Assembly: GCA_965222225.1 (NCBI GenBank)
Contig: CBDCTK010000002.1
Coordinates: 288,001-352,000 of the forward strand
Reading direction: 5' to 3'
DNA from: Candidatus Poribacteria bacterium
GTDB taxonomy: Bacteria > Poribacteria > WGA-4E > JAJDTR01
DNA: 64,000 nucleotides
Shown: in pieces, positions 63,301 to 64,000 of the stretch
Layout of the letters: every line of letters starts with the position of its first letter
How positions within the stretch are numbered: position 1 is the first letter of the stretch
The notes under the pieces: generated by a model
What the model was told of the DNA's origin: nothing
Seen by the model: only the letters and a program-made list of their open reading frames with translations
The model's database searches: none
Translations under genes and position numbers: made by a program

Positions 63301-64000
63301 GATGGTCGCCAACATGTGGATACAGAAAGTTCGATAATCACTTGGGACTTAGACCAACCATTGTCGCGGGACGGTGTTGATGATGGGGAGTATTCCATTC
63401 GGCTTGTAGTTTTCGATGGAGCGGGCAGCGAACTTAAGTCGTCCAAGACGTTTCTCTACGATACCCAAATACCACAGATTGTCTCGGTTTCTGTAGGTAC
63501 AATACCACCGATGTCCATTCCCATCAATGCACTTGAAGTGCTTAACCAGTCAATTGCGCAGGTGGCGGTCAGGCTTTCTGATGAGCGCGTACTACCCGAC
63601 GGAGGACAGATTTCTGCATCGGGAATCGATTTTGTCGGTACGATGGTTCGACTGATTGCACCCAACAATGAACAAAAAGGCGTCACTGTAAGTGATGATG
63701 GTGAGGCACAGTTAATTGTTAGCTTTACACCGCTAGTACAACCCGGTACCTACACGCTTGAAATTACACCACGCGATCTTGCGGGAAATGCTTCCGGGCA
63801 CCCAATTCAATACAAGTTCAGTCTCAATTTGGCTAAACCGCGTGTGGATTCTGTAGCAATCGGCGAACACATGGCTCCCGTTGCTTTTGTTAATCAACTT
63901 GATAAGATTACCGCCAAACTTGTTGACCCGAATGGAGTTGGATTGGACTTAACTACCGGAGGTTCGACACTGAGTGTGATGGGACCCAATGGTGTGATTG
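57301..64000 (+). CDS. Giant secreted/surface protein with FlgD-like and many Ig-like repeats (partial, runs off the window)
   Basis: Frame starting at ATG 57301 appears open to 64000 (about 2233 codons, spot-checked). Signal-peptide-like LLLVISASAWG, FSPNGDG and WDG/WNG motifs, then repeated units SG(I/V)DF...DGS(D/A)DG.Y.I...D.AGN...YDT. Confidence 0.88.
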   Translation, partial: MIKNCIRCQIYRVLAVKKPKIRFRTLKSSLLIQLSYFLLLLVISASAWGQFFESPPRVIDDANEDTVFSPNGDGVQENLIISFVTNGFTGDYRIIIDVHGPGAVGQPDGKFDIDDDWLIIGAVGPGQSDLYPGNNPKIIHQEWDGMDRAPSQEAPPNARPVGNGSYEILVETDAFEDGVVNIIDFTYQSSKLTAVIDVDAPQISSTASHLFFSPNSDAIKDTTTIAYTLSEHLSELRLEFANLESQPAIKLTHITRGQQSFVWNGLDGLRTPLVDGTYNLRLRGTDNGGNVTTFDAGTVQIDTRAPTFSQIMPSQNAYLKTSVTTIMVEFNPAEQESPIDFDSSVTTISLQNARGEIFSGITRNDVANNRLTLTLDNPLDTISENGTYTAVIRGADAAGNQVETGSSFYFDTVPPTLERIRSNYGNFPPNGSVNTKITFVEVDLDDNIDDGLNLSASAIALNGPNGAIFGNQTFGGDSTLRWNLRVPIATDGSEDGIYTITINATDRAGNSADFGEISFVYDTQAPRLVSLTPNLEDNSFHLGEGTIFRSQPLSRVVAGFDDGDGSGVDFASTRLEIFRADETGVGNIFLVGTRHPNAADGTLDFLLSQPLENQDGTQDGAYTIRVTSEDVAGNTDTSQVHLIYDTETPRIVSTTPERDATVTTLSQVTLVMDDRMSGVDFANTILKLVRESVEFRATSSNNGKDTAVLTLSNSLATNGSDDGEYRIEITTVDRAGNASDQIERRIFLVSQRPEIRLNVPVKKEVNELTTIDAQLFDYIGTGVNFSPEKSSVVVMRADGTVLPSASVEADKVNNRLIWMAKTPLPRDGSADGEYAVSVYYEDFVGQNFTQDFALIFDTQLPGVAQTTPAAGARVARLGTITVEFAADLSGIDFSAAQVRLLDPNGVPVGTNQSDNGADIITLRVQELQASVVDGVYIIEVTPADWAGNVADSPFLSGFTYAPREPSILLQPSTNLPTNQLNQITATLQDYVGPGINFDSAETSISVRSTNGSEITAHPIQSNGAELQLIWTAASPLPRDGSADGEYEVVSRFVENSGLGSTSPATFERISTLIFDTQLPQIASTIPSRNAWITQLERATIELGDNLSGVDFDLTLTQLLGPDNNPIPTSISNDGEKQITLTFDPFKTDGSADGVYRLEITPADLAGNVGGLSTIEFVYATQAPEIEILTPSDESIVNRVPEIRVVVRDNSGEGIDFEKSNITLTNTNNADVHGILRNDDAGTLTLEVGLPTDGTVDGKYSVNLNLVDNLGAEAAYTRQFTYDSVPPTIVAESRPPRENRIIENRIIVEFEVTDTSPVVGAESGVDFDATTIQLHDANGESIAGEKRDDGVKLITFTSAELRSVDVYTLTVVVADRAGNVSVPQRFAYTDEIKPPRVISILPPPKSRVNRLTEISTVLEDQSGTGIDFSATGSSMELRNPNDMVVGGPVVNDGVDTMTLKLIDPLLADGSDDGVYTITVQPVDQLGVSGQVRQFRIIYDTQNPRVQSVSHIDMTANLSTVKDSVRRIEVELVETGSGIDFERSYVQLWRHSGDERILVVGALDDDGLLLWWQLDNPLARNGVDDGLYSVEIKAVDNAGNVEEKAFGFLYGTQAPVIGTIAPPPKSRVNRLTEITAVLEDQSGTGIDFSATGSSMELRNPNDMVVGGTVANDGVDTMTLKLIDALLTDGSDDGVYTITVQPVDQLGVSGEVRQFRIIYDTQNPRVQSVAHIDMTANVSNVKDSVRRIEVELIETGSGIDFERSYVQLWRHTGDERVVVPGALDDDGSLLWWQLDNGLARNGADDGAYTVEVKAVDIAGNVEEKEYRLLYDTQVPVIGSVNASVVAGDTLELDTGGTPTVVEVPIHQIHLVFTDGSGSGIDVSQIPVQLIQSNGIAVAATQQNDGIETVSLRFKPLRDDGTDDGRYFIRVAPIDFSGNTYTSPLEFQFLYSTRKPEIVSTTPAEYTSVNLLDSVSAVLLDYSGEGIDFDRSTVGLYNDEGNLIDGRQHVDTESSIITWDLDQPLSRDGVDDGEYSIRLVVFDGAGSELKSSKTFLYDTQIPQIVSVSVGTIPPMSIPINALEVLNQSIAQVAVRLSDERVLPDGGQISASGIDFVGTMVRLIAPNNEQKGVTVSDDGEAQLIVSFTPLVQPGTYTLEITPRDLAGNASGHPIQYKFSLNLAKPRVDSVAIGEHMAPVAFVNQLDKITAKLVDPNGVGLDLTTGGSTLSVMGPNGVI
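61501..62805 (+). repeat. 657-bp in-frame tandem duplication within the giant ORF
   Basis: The unit starting CC(A/G)CCGCCGAAGTCAAGAGTAAA occurs at 61501 and 62158, with high nucleotide identity throughout. Confidence 0.9.

Noticed and set aside
57421-63686. Many short ORFs in the last 6.7 kb
   Set aside because: They are off-frame or antisense to the single giant ORF.
1-64000. tRNA, rRNA, prophage or integrase genes
   Set aside because: None recognised by eye; tRNAscan-SE and Rfam would be needed to exclude small RNAs.

Overview
Bacterial chromosomal window of roughly 50-55% GC. Gene content (PhyH dioxygenase, ceramidase-like protein, HpcH aldolases, DUF5069, FlgD-Ig giant protein, GTAG-type REP repeats) resembles Candidatus Poribacteria; this is a guess from pattern, not a search. 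Bases 1-10.2 kb form a defence island: a type I restriction-modification locus (hsdM cut by an IS701-family element, hsdS, hsdR) with cargo between hsdS and hsdR, namely a DUF433/DUF5615 toxin-antitoxin pair, an ABC/AAA_21 ATPase + TOPRIM-like (DUF4276) pair and a tandem-DUF433 protein. The rest is mostly housekeeping and metabolic genes: PAP2, DCC1-LMF fusion, HisN-like IMPase, ileS, aroC, ppx-ROK-tmk-like-tmk-like, double-length uvrA, NRAMP-like transporter, aldolases, SDRs, PduO, NYN, Hsp20, DegP, an orphan EF-G and Nnr. A >2,200-aa secreted Ig-repeat protein that the ORF track missed runs off the right edge. Top observations: (1) a complete leader-peptide attenuator (four consecutive Ile codons, antiterminator, terminator) upstream of ileS; (2) a ppx + ROK kinase + two thymidylate-kinase-like genes cluster that looks like a polyphosphate module with a heteromeric kinase, one subunit carrying a duplicated P-loop; (3) RM cargo bounded by a degenerate copy of the hsdS 3' end; (4) a MITE with an empty-site homologue elsewhere in the window, plus two dispersed repeat families. 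All calls come from reading the sequence; no database searches were run.
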